64,000 nt of DNA from Schizochytrium sp. TIO01 (lineage: Eukaryota; Protista; Bigyra: Labyrinthulomycetes). The stretch is taken from NCBI GenBank assembly GCA_004764695.1, contig SMSO01000032.1, positions 7,658,483 to 7,722,482 of the forward strand. Direction: 5' to 3'. How positions within the stretch are numbered: the first letter of the stretch is position 1; each line of letters begins with the position of its first letter. Both the position numbers and the translations under genes were made by a program. Below are positions 1 through 11,350 of this stretch, piece after piece. The notes under the pieces were generated by a model. That model did no database searches. It worked only from the letters and a program-made list of their open reading frames with translations, and had not been told where the DNA came from.

Positions 1-1680
1 TCCGGCTTAAAGAATCAGCTTTTGCTTTGGTCTTTAATTTCCCACTCTGTATTTGTAGTGGGTCTGGTAAATAGATGTCGAAAGGAGAGAGAATAGCTGT
101 GCCACAGAAATACTCTTACTCAAGAAAGGGTTTAATTTCAATCCTGGGTATCTGATCGAGACAGTGTCCGCTCTAAATTGACGCTTGGAAACGGCTGCAC
201 CAACACAAGTGCAAAGTATGTAGAGCAAACTAGGTAAGGCAGGATGCGGATGAGACTGAACGAAACAACGACGCGGTCTCCGTGATGATGAGGTCTCTTT
301 GCGATACGTCGCTGCAGCTTAGCGAATCAATGCACAGTGAACTCGAGCGAGGGGCGTGGCGATTAAAGAATCCCGCAACGGACGCTTCAGCCTCGAGCGT
401 CTGCGTTGAAATATATAATATATAGGTCAATACAAGGAATAGGAGAAGAAGAAGAAGGCGCCGAGATGGAGGAGGGGACCTCGCTCGGTCGCGAATGCCA
501 AGCAGCCTGTCCGTGGAGGGTGCGGGGGAAGTGGGTGAAGACGCGCCAACCAAGCGAAGCAGACAGCGCGTGGAGAGAGTGGCGCTTATCTCCGCGGCCT
601 CCCTCTCTCTGCCTGCGTGCGAGCGTGCGTGCGCGAGGCGTGAAGGCTGTTTGTCTGCCTTTCTCTCTCTCTTTTCCCTCTCTTTTTCTTACAATTAAAA
701 AGACTCTTTTTGTTTTCTAAAGAATAAAATTGATGAAGAATTTTATGATTTTTAAAAATTAAAAACCCACTCGAAATACTAGTTCCACAATAGGTAACCC
801 CTAACCCACTACATACTTCGAACATACTTAGAACATGAATAGAACTGACACCGAGTTTACATAGCTCATCTGATATGGTGTGAATGGAACACTGCTGTCG
901 TTCAATTGAACGCGACAGCTAGCACTTCCTTATGACCTTCCTACTCCCGAGAAAGAACACTTGCTATTGATGTAAATCATAAAAGTAACTTTGATCTTAT
1001 TATTTTTTTATATTAAAAATATATATACAGAATAATCTGTGAATCATTCAATCGTGAGGATTGATTCTTCATGTGTGAAATAAATAATAATAATAAGGGC
1101 ACAATCTAAAGTGCCACAGAGCCCTTTCTTTCAGATTGTGCAGGAGGTAGGTAGCTACTGGCTTGTTCTTCTCCTTGCCGGCAATTGCTTTTACGATGCT
1201 GCTTGTTTGTTTGAGTCCTCCACATTCCACATTTCTCTCTCCCCTCATTTCAAGAGGTACCTGCTTAAGTACCTCGCCCTTCTGAGTGTGTGCGTGCAGG
1301 TATGGATGCAGCAGGTTTTGCCTAGCCAAGGACTAGGAAGACGCCTACCCTAAGGATCAAAGTGGAGACGCCTCAAAACGATCTGCGAGTCTCACTTTTT
1401 CTTTCAAGTTTCCTCCTACGGCCCTCCTACCGAAGTCACTAGGGCGGGCCCATCCCTCCCTCCTCCAAGTAAAGTTTGTTTCATAAGCGACAAAGAACTC
1501 TTTTATGAACGAGAAGTTCAAGTTCATCTATTTCATTCGCTGTCGTATTGTATAATTCATATTAAACTTTCATTTTTGGACTTTTCATTCATTGCCTGCT
1601 TTCCTTTAGTCAGGTTCCTTTCTACCTGTAGGTAAGTGAGTGAGTAAGTAAGCAATTAAGTGAATAATTCGAGTTGATGG

Positions 1681-1742
1681 AATGAATGAATGAATGAATG
1701 AATGAATGAATGAATGAATGAATGAATGAATGAATGAATGAA
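1681..1742. repeat. (AATG)n microsatellite
   Basis: About 15 perfect AATG units read directly. Confidence 0.95.
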
Positions 1743-1964
1743 CGACTCATGAAAAGCCGCGGAGAAAAGAACAGTGCGTTCGACAGTTCCGATGAGCCTC
1801 CCTCCTCTCCTCCCTTCTCACAGGTTCTCTTTCTTTCCGCCTCGGCCCTTTAAGAAATGGCCACTCCCTTCTCAATGGCCTATCATGAATGAATATCGCA
1901 TTCTCTGCGTCTGGGACTGACTGAGCCTTCCGCTGCGTTGGTCCTGAATCGCCACGATAGTCGG

Positions 1965-2054
1965 TCTCTCTCTCTCTCTCTCTCTTTCTCTTTCTCTTTC
2001 TCTTTCTCTTTCTCTTTCTCTTTCTCTTTCTCTTTCTCTTTCTCTTTCTCTTTC
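1965..2054. repeat. (TC)n grading into (TCTCTT)n microsatellite
   Basis: Read directly; explains the spurious poly-ER ORF 1872..2060. Confidence 0.95.
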
Positions 2055-3863
2055 AGTCAAATCTCTTAGTCAGTAAGTCAGTTATTAGGAGTAGGTAGGC
2101 ACTCTTACTCGCCTTCATCATGTTTCCATCGGTGTATTTCACTACTAACTAACTAACTAATTATGGTTTGGCGGTTGCTTTGCCTCGATTGATTTCCAAT
2201 GGCTTGCTTTCGAGCTCAAAGTTGGCCTTCGTTGGTTTTTATAGACATGCACGCTACGGTGGTCTGTTCGAAACGTGAAGATATACGAGTGCTTAAGCTA
2301 TGCAGCAATTGCAACCACCATTCCTGAGCTGGACCAAAGTACGCACAACTACTTATAAATGACTTCCTCGCATTTGATCCCTTCAACTCGTGCATTTCAT
2401 AGTTTGCAAATTCTCTCTCCTCATTTAATTTTAATTTATTGATAATAAATTAATGATTTTTTTATGCATGGCCATTTACACTTAGGTGAGCTCAGAACAT
2501 ACACGTTAGTTTCATAGCTGGAGCAGTCGAGTTAACTTCCCTCTCGGAGCTGTTCGCACGAGGTTTATACGAGGTTGGTCGAGGGAAACGAAACGAAGGC
2601 AGAAGAAGAACACAGAAGAGCCACTCTTAGCTCCAAGAGAGCAGCTCTGCTTCAGCTTTGATCATGTAGAAGTTTAGTTTTAGTTATTCTTTTTACAATA
2701 TAGAAGAGAGATCCACTCGTCGTCATCTTTTACTTTAAAAGGAAGTGGGCCCTTTTGCCTATGCGCTCGTGGACGATCGCGTGCCTCTTTCGCTACTTTC
2801 TCTGATTTTGAGCAGTGAGTGCCTCAGACGCGATACGACAGGAGGTAATAGCACATTTCTTCTTCTTCTTGCTATTATCAGTATCGTAAATAGGATGAAG
2901 TAGTGTCCTGTCTATCAATTTAATCGATTGATACACTTCGAACGATTGATCGTTCGCTCAGAGAGATAGAAATTCATTTCATCGTCTTTCCTTCTCCTGT
3001 CTTTTGTTTAATGATTTTATAATACAAATGTGCATATATTATAATGTAGAGGATGTAAGGAAACAGACGTTGATTTGGCTCGAACCATCGCGAAATAAAT
3101 TGGGACTTTGGCGTGGCCATTGCGAGGATTCGGGACAAACATGCGCTCCGTTGGACTTGAAACTCATGCTACATTGTCGCTTTCTTTTCTGAGGACGCCA
3201 AGCCTTTCCGAAGATGAATCGTTTGTCAAGGAGAAGTGGAATCGTGGATCAATTAAATAAAAACTCGAGTCTGCAGGATTTAATTGCACAACTCCAGGTA
3301 CTAATAAGAATAGAATGCCGAGCAGTTTCTTCTGCAAAGGCTCGCGAAGACCACCTGAAGATTGTTGAAGGCGTGACTCGCAGGCTTTCGAGTTGGCTAT
3401 TCAAGTTCGAGACCCATCTCCAAAGGCCTTAGCTATCCCCATCTCTTCTCCGAAGCAGCTCATGAGTTTTCACGCATTTTTGTGACGTTCTATGGGAGGA
3501 GGATTTATTCACTAATCTCTAGAGCTATCTACTATATAATAAAGGGTCGTTTAGTTGCTGCGAAGGGTTCCTTTCTTCGGCTGCTTCTGCATCATAAATC
3601 GAAGGAACTACAGTGCACATGCAAATCCGCAACTCGAAGAGAGCAAACGAGCAGAAGCCGGCCCTTGCAGCAGGCTGGATGTGGATGGATGCGGCCGTGG
3701 GCTGAGAGGTAGCGAAGAAGCGCCGCTGGCAGCAGCGTATTCAGCCTACGAAACTTAAGGGGAGGTAACAAACAACTTCAGATGCTCTTCGTTGGGGTCA
3801 GTGATCTGTGGCTTTCAACGCACGGACCAGCGACGAGCTGGAGTGAGTGAGAGACTGTGGGCT

Positions 3864-4442
3864 TCAAGACACGATGGGACACTGGTCGCCAAGAGCGTAG
3901 AAAGCAAAAGCGCAACTCCTGCTTGGCAGTGGTTGCGGATGGCAGGCAGGCAATAGCGGAATTCGACCTATCTCTTGAATGAAATTAGTCGATGCCAAGA
4001 TGACCATTTCAAGGAAGAAGCAAGCAAGTCTTCGGTGCCGCTCGATGCCGCTCAAAGCGTTTGAGTGGCCACGATCCGCCCATCCACAACGGGTCCACGA
4101 CAACTTGAGAATCCGAACCCCCGCCATCAGTTCATTGGTCCATGAGGTTTTAGCATCGTGGATTCGTCATCTTGGACACCACAGATGATGCCAACATCGA
4201 GACAGGCGATGCTCAGACGCACCTCTCGCGAGATCGTATTGCATCTCGGCGACGTCGAGATCAATCGATAGGCTTTGGTTAAGCACGTCGCGACAGGGCT
4301 CCAAGGGTCGATGGGTGAGCTTTCCTACGAGCGAGTTGCTTACCTCGTGAGCGGATGTTGACCAGGATGGCCCGAGTCGAGAGCAGAACTGCGGAGCATT
4401 CAGCCACGAAGATAGGACCATATGGTACGCCTTGGATGGCAC
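3864..4442 (-). pseudogene. Probable decayed ABCC/MRP transporter fragment (TMD1); identity uncertain
   Basis: ORFs 4167..4442 and 3864..4127 are in frame, separated by one TGA. The peptides HHLW, TNELMAGVRILKLSW and FAFYALG resemble the ABCC TMD1 motifs HxLW, TNE(I/L)LxGIRV(I/L)KLYAWE and TFxxYxL. Spacing between the first two motifs is too short, implying a deletion. Confidence 0.4.
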
Positions 4443-4735
4443 AGGGAACTAGCTATGATATCATTCATTCACTGTCGCCAACTTGAAGAATGTGTGGTGA
4501 GGTTCGCATTCGCAAGTCAATCGGGAGCAGAGACTCGACGGATGCCATAATCGTCAACGACTTGAGGAAAGCAACAGGTGAAAGCAACAGAGGACACGGA
4601 TTCCTTGGGCCTCAACAGTTCTGGCGATGCTTCTGAACCTTACGACACCACACCATTGGTTAGTCATTACTAGTAGGTGTTCTACTTTTGTTCTATCAGT
4701 AATTTATGATGATTTATTTAGTTCTAGTTTTTATA

Positions 4736-4736
<1 letters not shown>

Positions 4737-4766
<30 letters not shown>

Positions 4767-4776
4767 CTTCTTCTTC
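4737..4776. repeat. (CTT)n microsatellite
   Basis: Read directly. Confidence 0.9.
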
Positions 4777-5618
4777 TCATAATGATTATTATTTATATAC
4801 CCGAGTCATATATCTTTAAAAATTTTAAAAAAATCATCATTATGGTGGCAATGATTAAAATTAAAATATTGTACATTATTATTGTTATTGTTATTGTTAT
4901 TATTATGGTTAAAACTTTCAACTCACATTTCAAAGTTTGGAGATTTGTTTTTCTAAAATAAAAATATAACTCTTCATTAAAGGTTCTAGGGCTTTGTTTG
5001 CTGAGGTGACACTCTGACGAAATAGAAAGCAGAGTAGTCGGTATAGCTATAAGTTCTCATGAGAGAGCACGTTTGTGAAGAAAAGTCCGCTCCGCCTCTT
5101 TTTACTACGGAGGACCTCTTCGAACTTGAGGCCAGCAGATATGCATAAAAAGAAAGAGCCAAAATAGAAGCTTCAAGGACTACAACATCAACCCACAAAG
5201 AAAAGAGCATCATCCTTCATATTGCTACCCTATGCAATTAGAAAACAATTATGTAACAAACTCTCGCTTACTCTTTGCGGTCCCGTATGTGTTTCCTTGG
5301 TTCCTAGAGAGGGTCGACAAAGCTATGGAAAGAACTATGCAAGAATTATGCAGTGATCTTGGCAATTGGTGATATACTATCTCCGAGTTTGGCTGATGTA
5401 AATTTATAAAATTCAGTCTTAAAAAGGTTTTATGTTGACAAGCAAATTCAATAACTAGACCTTGAAACGAAACTAGCTTACATCAAACGAGTTCCAAAGC
5501 TTCTCTTTTCCAAAATTTGAACGATCACAGTGTTCCCATTTGCATGTCAAGTTTTTCGAACTCGGCTCAAGGATCTTTAAATGGTTGTACGGTTCGAGCA
5601 TGATAAGAATGAAATCAA

Positions 5619-6118
5619 TCAATACATCAGTGTACAATTTCTACTCAAATGGACCTCCGAAGGGGGCACCAATGCAGCTTTCAGAAGCTGTATAATTTTT
5701 TCTTTCTCCTTCTCAATCCCGATTCCAATAAATACAAGTTCCTGACGAGGAATACTAGAGACATCTTCATCCCAAGATCCAGCAGGGGTGACAGAAAATG
5801 ATTTACCGGCAAGTGACCAGTAGAACTTAGTTTTGGGTTGCCGGTCTAGCCAAATAAACCCTTTAGAACGAATGATACGACCAAAAGGATTGCCTTCTTG
5901 TGAACCATCTACATCATTGAACTCATTGTCAGAACATGCAATACGATCGATAGCGTGTACGTTGCTATCTTGCTGCAAGACTGCCATTTTCTGTAGTACA
6001 TTTCTTGCAAGTATTGGACCTTGAAAAGGTTGATCAGCTTCAAAAACGAATGACTCGATCCCATACTTGCTCTTGTGATCATGCCTATGGCTGTGTGCAT
6101 GTCCATGCTCGTGGTCGC

Positions 6119-6170
<52 letters not shown>

Positions 6171-6998
6171 ATGGTCATGCATATGCTTTTGTTCATGCTC
6201 ATGATCGCAGCTAGAGCAGTGGGTTTCAATATCTGTGGTGTCATTCCCTTTCGAGGAGGAACATGCAGGAGAAACACCAGAGCGAGTGGTATTGCTTGCT
6301 TCGTTGACAAGCAGGTCAAATATGTTAATCGCTCCAAATTTACTTTTGTGCACTGGTATCCTTTCATCGACGAGCCCAGCTATGATGGCTTCAAGTGCTT
6401 CGAGTTTAGTGGCTGTTTCGTCCAGACGATCAATCTTATTAAGAACAACCATATCTGCATGTTCTACTTGTTCCATGAGTAGATCTACCACCGTACGCTT
6501 AGCATCTGAGTTTGCCTCATCTCCGATAAGGTCTGGACGATCCCGAAGCATATCGCGGCTTCGAAACTGACTTACAAAATCGAAGGCGTCAACAATTGTA
6601 ATAATTTGAGGCGGCATCTTCACATTCTCCGTTTTCGCTCCAAGTTCCTCGAGAACATCGCGCATTTGTCCGGCCTCTGCTACTCCACTAGCTTCAACAA
6701 TGACATAATCAAACAATTCTTCCTGAGCCCCCATAAGGATTTCAATACTTTCCAAAAGATCGTCACTTGCTGTGCAACAGGCGCATCCGTTCTCGAGCTG
6801 GACAGAAATAACTTGCCCCTCGTCATTAGATGTCACCTCTTTTACAAGCTGTGCATCGATATTCACTTTGGCAACATCATTTGCAACTACACCAATACGT
6901 ACATCTTTTGGACAATGCGTCAAGACATATTGTAGAGTTGTGGTCTTTCCCACGCCTAAGAAGCCACATAGCGCGATGATTTTAGTTTGCGTTGCCAT
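5619..6998 (-). CDS. COG0523/CobW-family (ZNG1/YciC-like) G3E GTPase metallochaperone with His-rich insert
   Basis: Walker A GFLGVGKTT, metal motif NGCACC (CxCC), Walker B VEASG, NKID, His/Asp tract, and CobW_C features (RSKGFIW, RQELVFIG). First in-frame ATG is at 6998; the ORF track starts at TTG 7067. Confidence 0.92.
6110..6177 (-). repeat. Coding (CACGAC)n hexanucleotide repeat encoding poly-HD
   Basis: (GGTCGT)n on the + strand inside the CobW ORF. Confidence 0.93.
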
Positions 6999-7514
6999 AA
7001 TGCAATAAGTGGTGTGTCTACCACCGAATGGCAGCCGCTGTAGTCGCAGCTCCAGAGTCGCTTGCAAATGGTTCTGTTTGCAGATATCAGTAACTAGCCA
7101 TCATTTGAAGTAAATATCCTGTTCCCTGATAGTGACACCACAATAGAAACGGTCAAAAACCAGACAAACGATCGACAAGTGAGCTGAGGAAAACAATACT
7201 AGTAGTCGACTACTGCCTGCTATAATGGCAAAAACGCTCACAAATAATGGTAAACTAAATCAACTCTGAAGATTCTAGCCAGACTAGAACCTCAACCAGA
7301 GGAGTGATTACTTTAATGCCCAGGTCAAGGTTTAAAAGAACGCAGCAAAAAAGACCCGTCAATTGCTAAAACAAATACGTAGATATCAGCCTCTCTACCA
7401 TCGCACGTCCTCGATTTCTCACGATATCCTTCACAGGACAGAAAGGTTATGATCGTACCGTGCCTAAGTCATTCAGTATTGTTCATGTCTTATTAGACTT
7501 GTTGCTACTTATCA

Positions 7515-8030
7515 CGAACTGGCCATGTGATCCTTTAGATCATCATGCACGTGATGAAGAACTTCTTTTTCGAGAACTTCCTTTTCGAGAACTTCTTGTA
7601 CAGTGACGTCTTGTTCAAATGCGTCTCGTTCAGCTTTTTTGAGAATGGTATCTTGTTTGACGGAGTTGGGAGCCGTACAATATCGTTACCAGTAGCTAGG
7701 CTCAGTTCCAGTCTCTGTTGATTGCAATAAGTCGGGAAACCTGTTCGAGCATGTATGAATATTTTTCACAAGACGCTTTACAAGGACCATGAGAAAACCC
7801 TGGATATAAGCTTGCCACTTGGGGAGCAGGTCGCCTTCGAGATAGGTAAAAAAGGTTGCAATGGTGATCAATCGTGAAAGCTCAACATACTTCTTGGTCA
7901 CCCATTCACTGTCATTTTTGTACCAATTTGACCCGCGCGTGGAGGTTCGTTGCGCCTCGTGTCACTGATTACTTGGGTTGCTTTCAATTCCTTCATTGAA
8001 TTTGCTGTAAGCACTCACAAATTCTAGCCC
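7515..8030 (-). pseudogene. Decayed reading frame, family unrecognised
   Basis: About 170 codons in one minus-strand frame with only 2 internal stops. Includes ORF 7686..7901 and an in-frame 15-nt tandem repeat (EVLEK EVLEK EVL). Confidence 0.4.
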
Positions 8031-8981
8031 TCCGCACGCCGTGACCACAATTTCAAGTTCACAAAAAGCTCATCAATAACAACAAAGGCATGCCACGCAG
8101 CGATGAAATAAACCTTTGCGGTGCTGTCCCAAATCGTCAAGATTGTGCGCAGACTAACCTCGTACGACTACCTAAGTATTGATCTATATGTATTTATTTA
8201 TATATTTATAAGCTCAGATGCACTATAGAAAGCAATTCCAGACAAGATATTTAGGTGTATCCTCGACGCCATGAATATCACTCACGTTGTGCTCACTCAA
8301 GGCTGCTCCCCTTCGTAGCCATCGAGCCCAAACCAATACCCTGTCACCATCATACAGGCTTCTTTTTTGATTCTGTAGAACGAAAACAGCTTCCTCTTCA
8401 GGTTTTCTTAGGAGTAAGAGTAGTCGGATGGTAAAGAAGCGACGCGACTGAACGACGGTCACGCCGCGGTGAGGGTGCAGGATCAAGATAGGAAATTAGT
8501 AGGTTTGGATACACAAATATCACAACTGACCGCCCACTAGATGTCTTGCTAAGTGGATCACTAGCAAGGCTTTAAAAAATACGATTAATTATAATTGTAA
8601 GAATACAAACTTTCAGGCTGATCATTGTAATTTATGAGTTAAAGTAATGATAACTTGAATGTGAGTAGTTAGTTACCTTATTAGATGAAGGAGAATGAAA
8701 AGTTTAAATGCTTGTTAGGGATAAAGAGATAAGGAGAGAAAAGAGGAAGAGGTAATTTCTTTTTTAAAATTTAGAAGAATGAATAAAAGAGATAGAACAA
8801 GTAAAAAAGATTTGAGAAAAAATCGAACGAGAGCGAAGGCAAACCCGAAATCCAGATCAGCGTCCAGCAGGCTGATCGTTGGTCCCAGTCCGAGCAATAT
8901 TCGAAGCCATAAGACAGGCTTCAGATTGACCAGTTCATTGTACCGGTGAAGAGGTCGAGTGCGGAGAAAACCGGTACCACC

Positions 8982-10563
8982 ATGGCTGATCTCATGTGGC
9001 ACACCCGCAACGTGAACCGGCGGTCCCGTGAACCTGCAATTCTTTGATTCCTCTTCATCACCGAAGCAGGAATCTCTGCCCCAGAACGTCGTTGTCGTCA
9101 CTTTTGCCGGTAATGATTTCCAGACGATTCCTGAACAGCTGGCGTCAGCTCTCTCTGACTCTGGCAAAGAAGTCCTTCAGCACCTTGCGAAGAACGTTGT
9201 AAAGCCCTCTCGGGACTCTGGATCCAAGAACGAGACTCAAGTCTCTCTTGGTGATGGCCAATGGCAGCGACTAGTGCTTTGTGTCCTGCCATCGCAGTCG
9301 CCATCGCGCCACGCTGCCAAGGGACACCCTCACGCTCTTGCGGACATTGTGGATTCCGCCAAGGGAAAGGGCGATGTTCACATCTTCCTCGTGCTTAAGA
9401 ACCCCGAATCCGAGGCTTTTGGAGCATGCTGTGCCGTCGCTCGCGCTTTTCCAGTTTTCTCATTGAAGTCATCTGTGCTCAGGGATGAAGTCCCTGAGGC
9501 AAGAAATGTGCATGTCTTCGTGAACACCAGTTCGAGCTTACTCCAGATCAGCAAAGCTGCCGTGGGCCCGGAAGAGATGAAGACCGTGGCCTCGATGATC
9601 CAAGAATGCGCTGCTCTGGTTGACATGCCTACCAATGTCCTTCAGGTGACTTCATACATTGATCGCATTGTTCGGCTTGTGGAAGCAACCAAGATGCCGA
9701 TTGACGTGGAAATCATTCGCGGAGATGACCTTCAGGAACTTGGTCTAGGAGGAATCTATGGCGTTGGCAAGGCTGCAGAAAACGCCCCAGCGCTCGTGAT
9801 CCTCTCGCACAAGCCCCACGAAGTTACCAAGGAGGAGTCTGTTTGTCTTATCGGCAAGGGCATCGTTTATGACACTGGTGGTCTTTCCATCAAGACCAAG
9901 ACTGGCATGCCTGGAATGAAACGCGACATGGGTGGTAGTGCTGGCTGCCTCGGAGGTTTTCTTTCTCTTGTCAGCAATGGTGGTATTGGCCAGCCGTTCT
10001 ATTGCCTTCTAGCATTGGCTGAGAACTCTGTTGCCTCAAATGCAACTCGCCCTGACGATGTGCATGTCTTTTACTCTGGCAAGACTGTTGAAATTAACAA
10101 CACTGATGCCGAGGGACGCCTGGTCATGGCCGATGCTCTGGCCTACGCAGTCAAGAACCTTCAACCAGAGCTTCTTATCAACATGGCCACCCTTACTGGC
10201 GCCCAAAGCTCAGCAACGGGTTTGAAGCATGCTGCAATTTTCACGAACCTTGAAGAGGTCGAGACCCTTGCCCGCACTGCTGGTCAGAATTCTGGTGACC
10301 TTGTGCACCCACTTCCCTATGTACCTGAATTTTTCCGTGGCGAATTTAAGTCTGAGGTTGCTGATATGAAAAACTCGCAGAAGAACCGTTCTAACGCTGG
10401 ATGCGCTGCCCCGGCAACATTCCTCAGCAGCCATATTGAGCCATACCTTGAGGAGAACAAGGCGTGGCTTCACATTGACATGGCATCTCCTGCAGAGCAC
10501 AAGGACAAGGCAACTGGATACGGCGTGGCCCTCCTTTACGCACTGTTGAAGTCCCGTATGTAA
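8982..10563 (+). CDS. NPEPL1: M17 leucyl aminopeptidase, NPEPL1-like; 5' end needs splicing or a frame correction
   Basis: M17 metal-binding motifs GKGIVYDTGGLSIK, MPGMKRDMGG, NNTDAEGRL and ATLTGAQ, with NPEPL1-type variants. The open frame 9028..10563 starts at GTG; the nearest ATGs (8982, 8994) are in another frame. Confidence 0.88.
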
Positions 10564-11350
10564 AGATTGTTCGCCTTTCCGTCATTGGAAAGTTGAGGTT
10601 TCAGCGTTTTCAACATTTGAGAGAACAATTCAATAAATATTTTAGCTGTTCTTTTACGATTCATTTTTTTTTTTTGTCTAGAGGGCGCACCAAGCTGACC
10701 AAACTCGGTCGGATTCGTTTTCATTGCAACTTGAAACTCTTGGCTATTCACGACATGTCAAATGTAATTGGAAACCAGTACATGATACCCTCTGGTGTTT
10801 ATATATTCAGAACAACAACAACAAAAAAGCGACAAAATACGAGAAAAAGATAAAGAAAAGATGATAATGAATCAAACTGGATTAGTTTCACAATCGGGGT
10901 ATGCAATAAAACTGTATATCTTGCGTTCAAACAGGTAAAACAAAAATTGTCGCTCCGCTGGTCAGCAGAAGAAACACTTGTGGACAAATCAAATCTTGTC
11001 CGAAACTTTCAAATGTTCTGCGTCATTAGGGAGCAATGCGCTTCTTGATTCGTTCGGAGAATGTATGAACTCCGTTAAAGGAAATAATAATGATGTAAGG
11101 ACATCTTGACTAAACATGTCAGCGTAATGCATAATTGGACAATCTTGATCAAGTCAGAACTAAAGTTGCAAGGTAGGAAAGACGAGATTACGGCTGGGTA
11201 AAACATCACTAAAAGTGAGTCTTGGGTGGAAGGCATCATTTGGAGTGACGTACTTGTCAGTAAGAAACAGAACCTGCGCAAGGCGAACCATTGTACAGAC
11301 TCACATGTTGACTTACTCTCGAAAGCAAAAATTTACCCAGCCTTGGCGCC

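Noticed and set aside
795-807. TAACCC-CTAACCC telomere-like units
   Set aside because: Only two imperfect units, expected by chance.
6999-7400. Cobalamin or TPP riboswitch upstream of the CobW gene
   Set aside because: No B12-box or TPP consensus recognised.
9013-9015. Selenocysteine read-through of the in-frame TGA upstream of NPEPL1
   Set aside because: No nearby in-frame ATG upstream and no redox context; splicing or the 16-nt insert explains it better.
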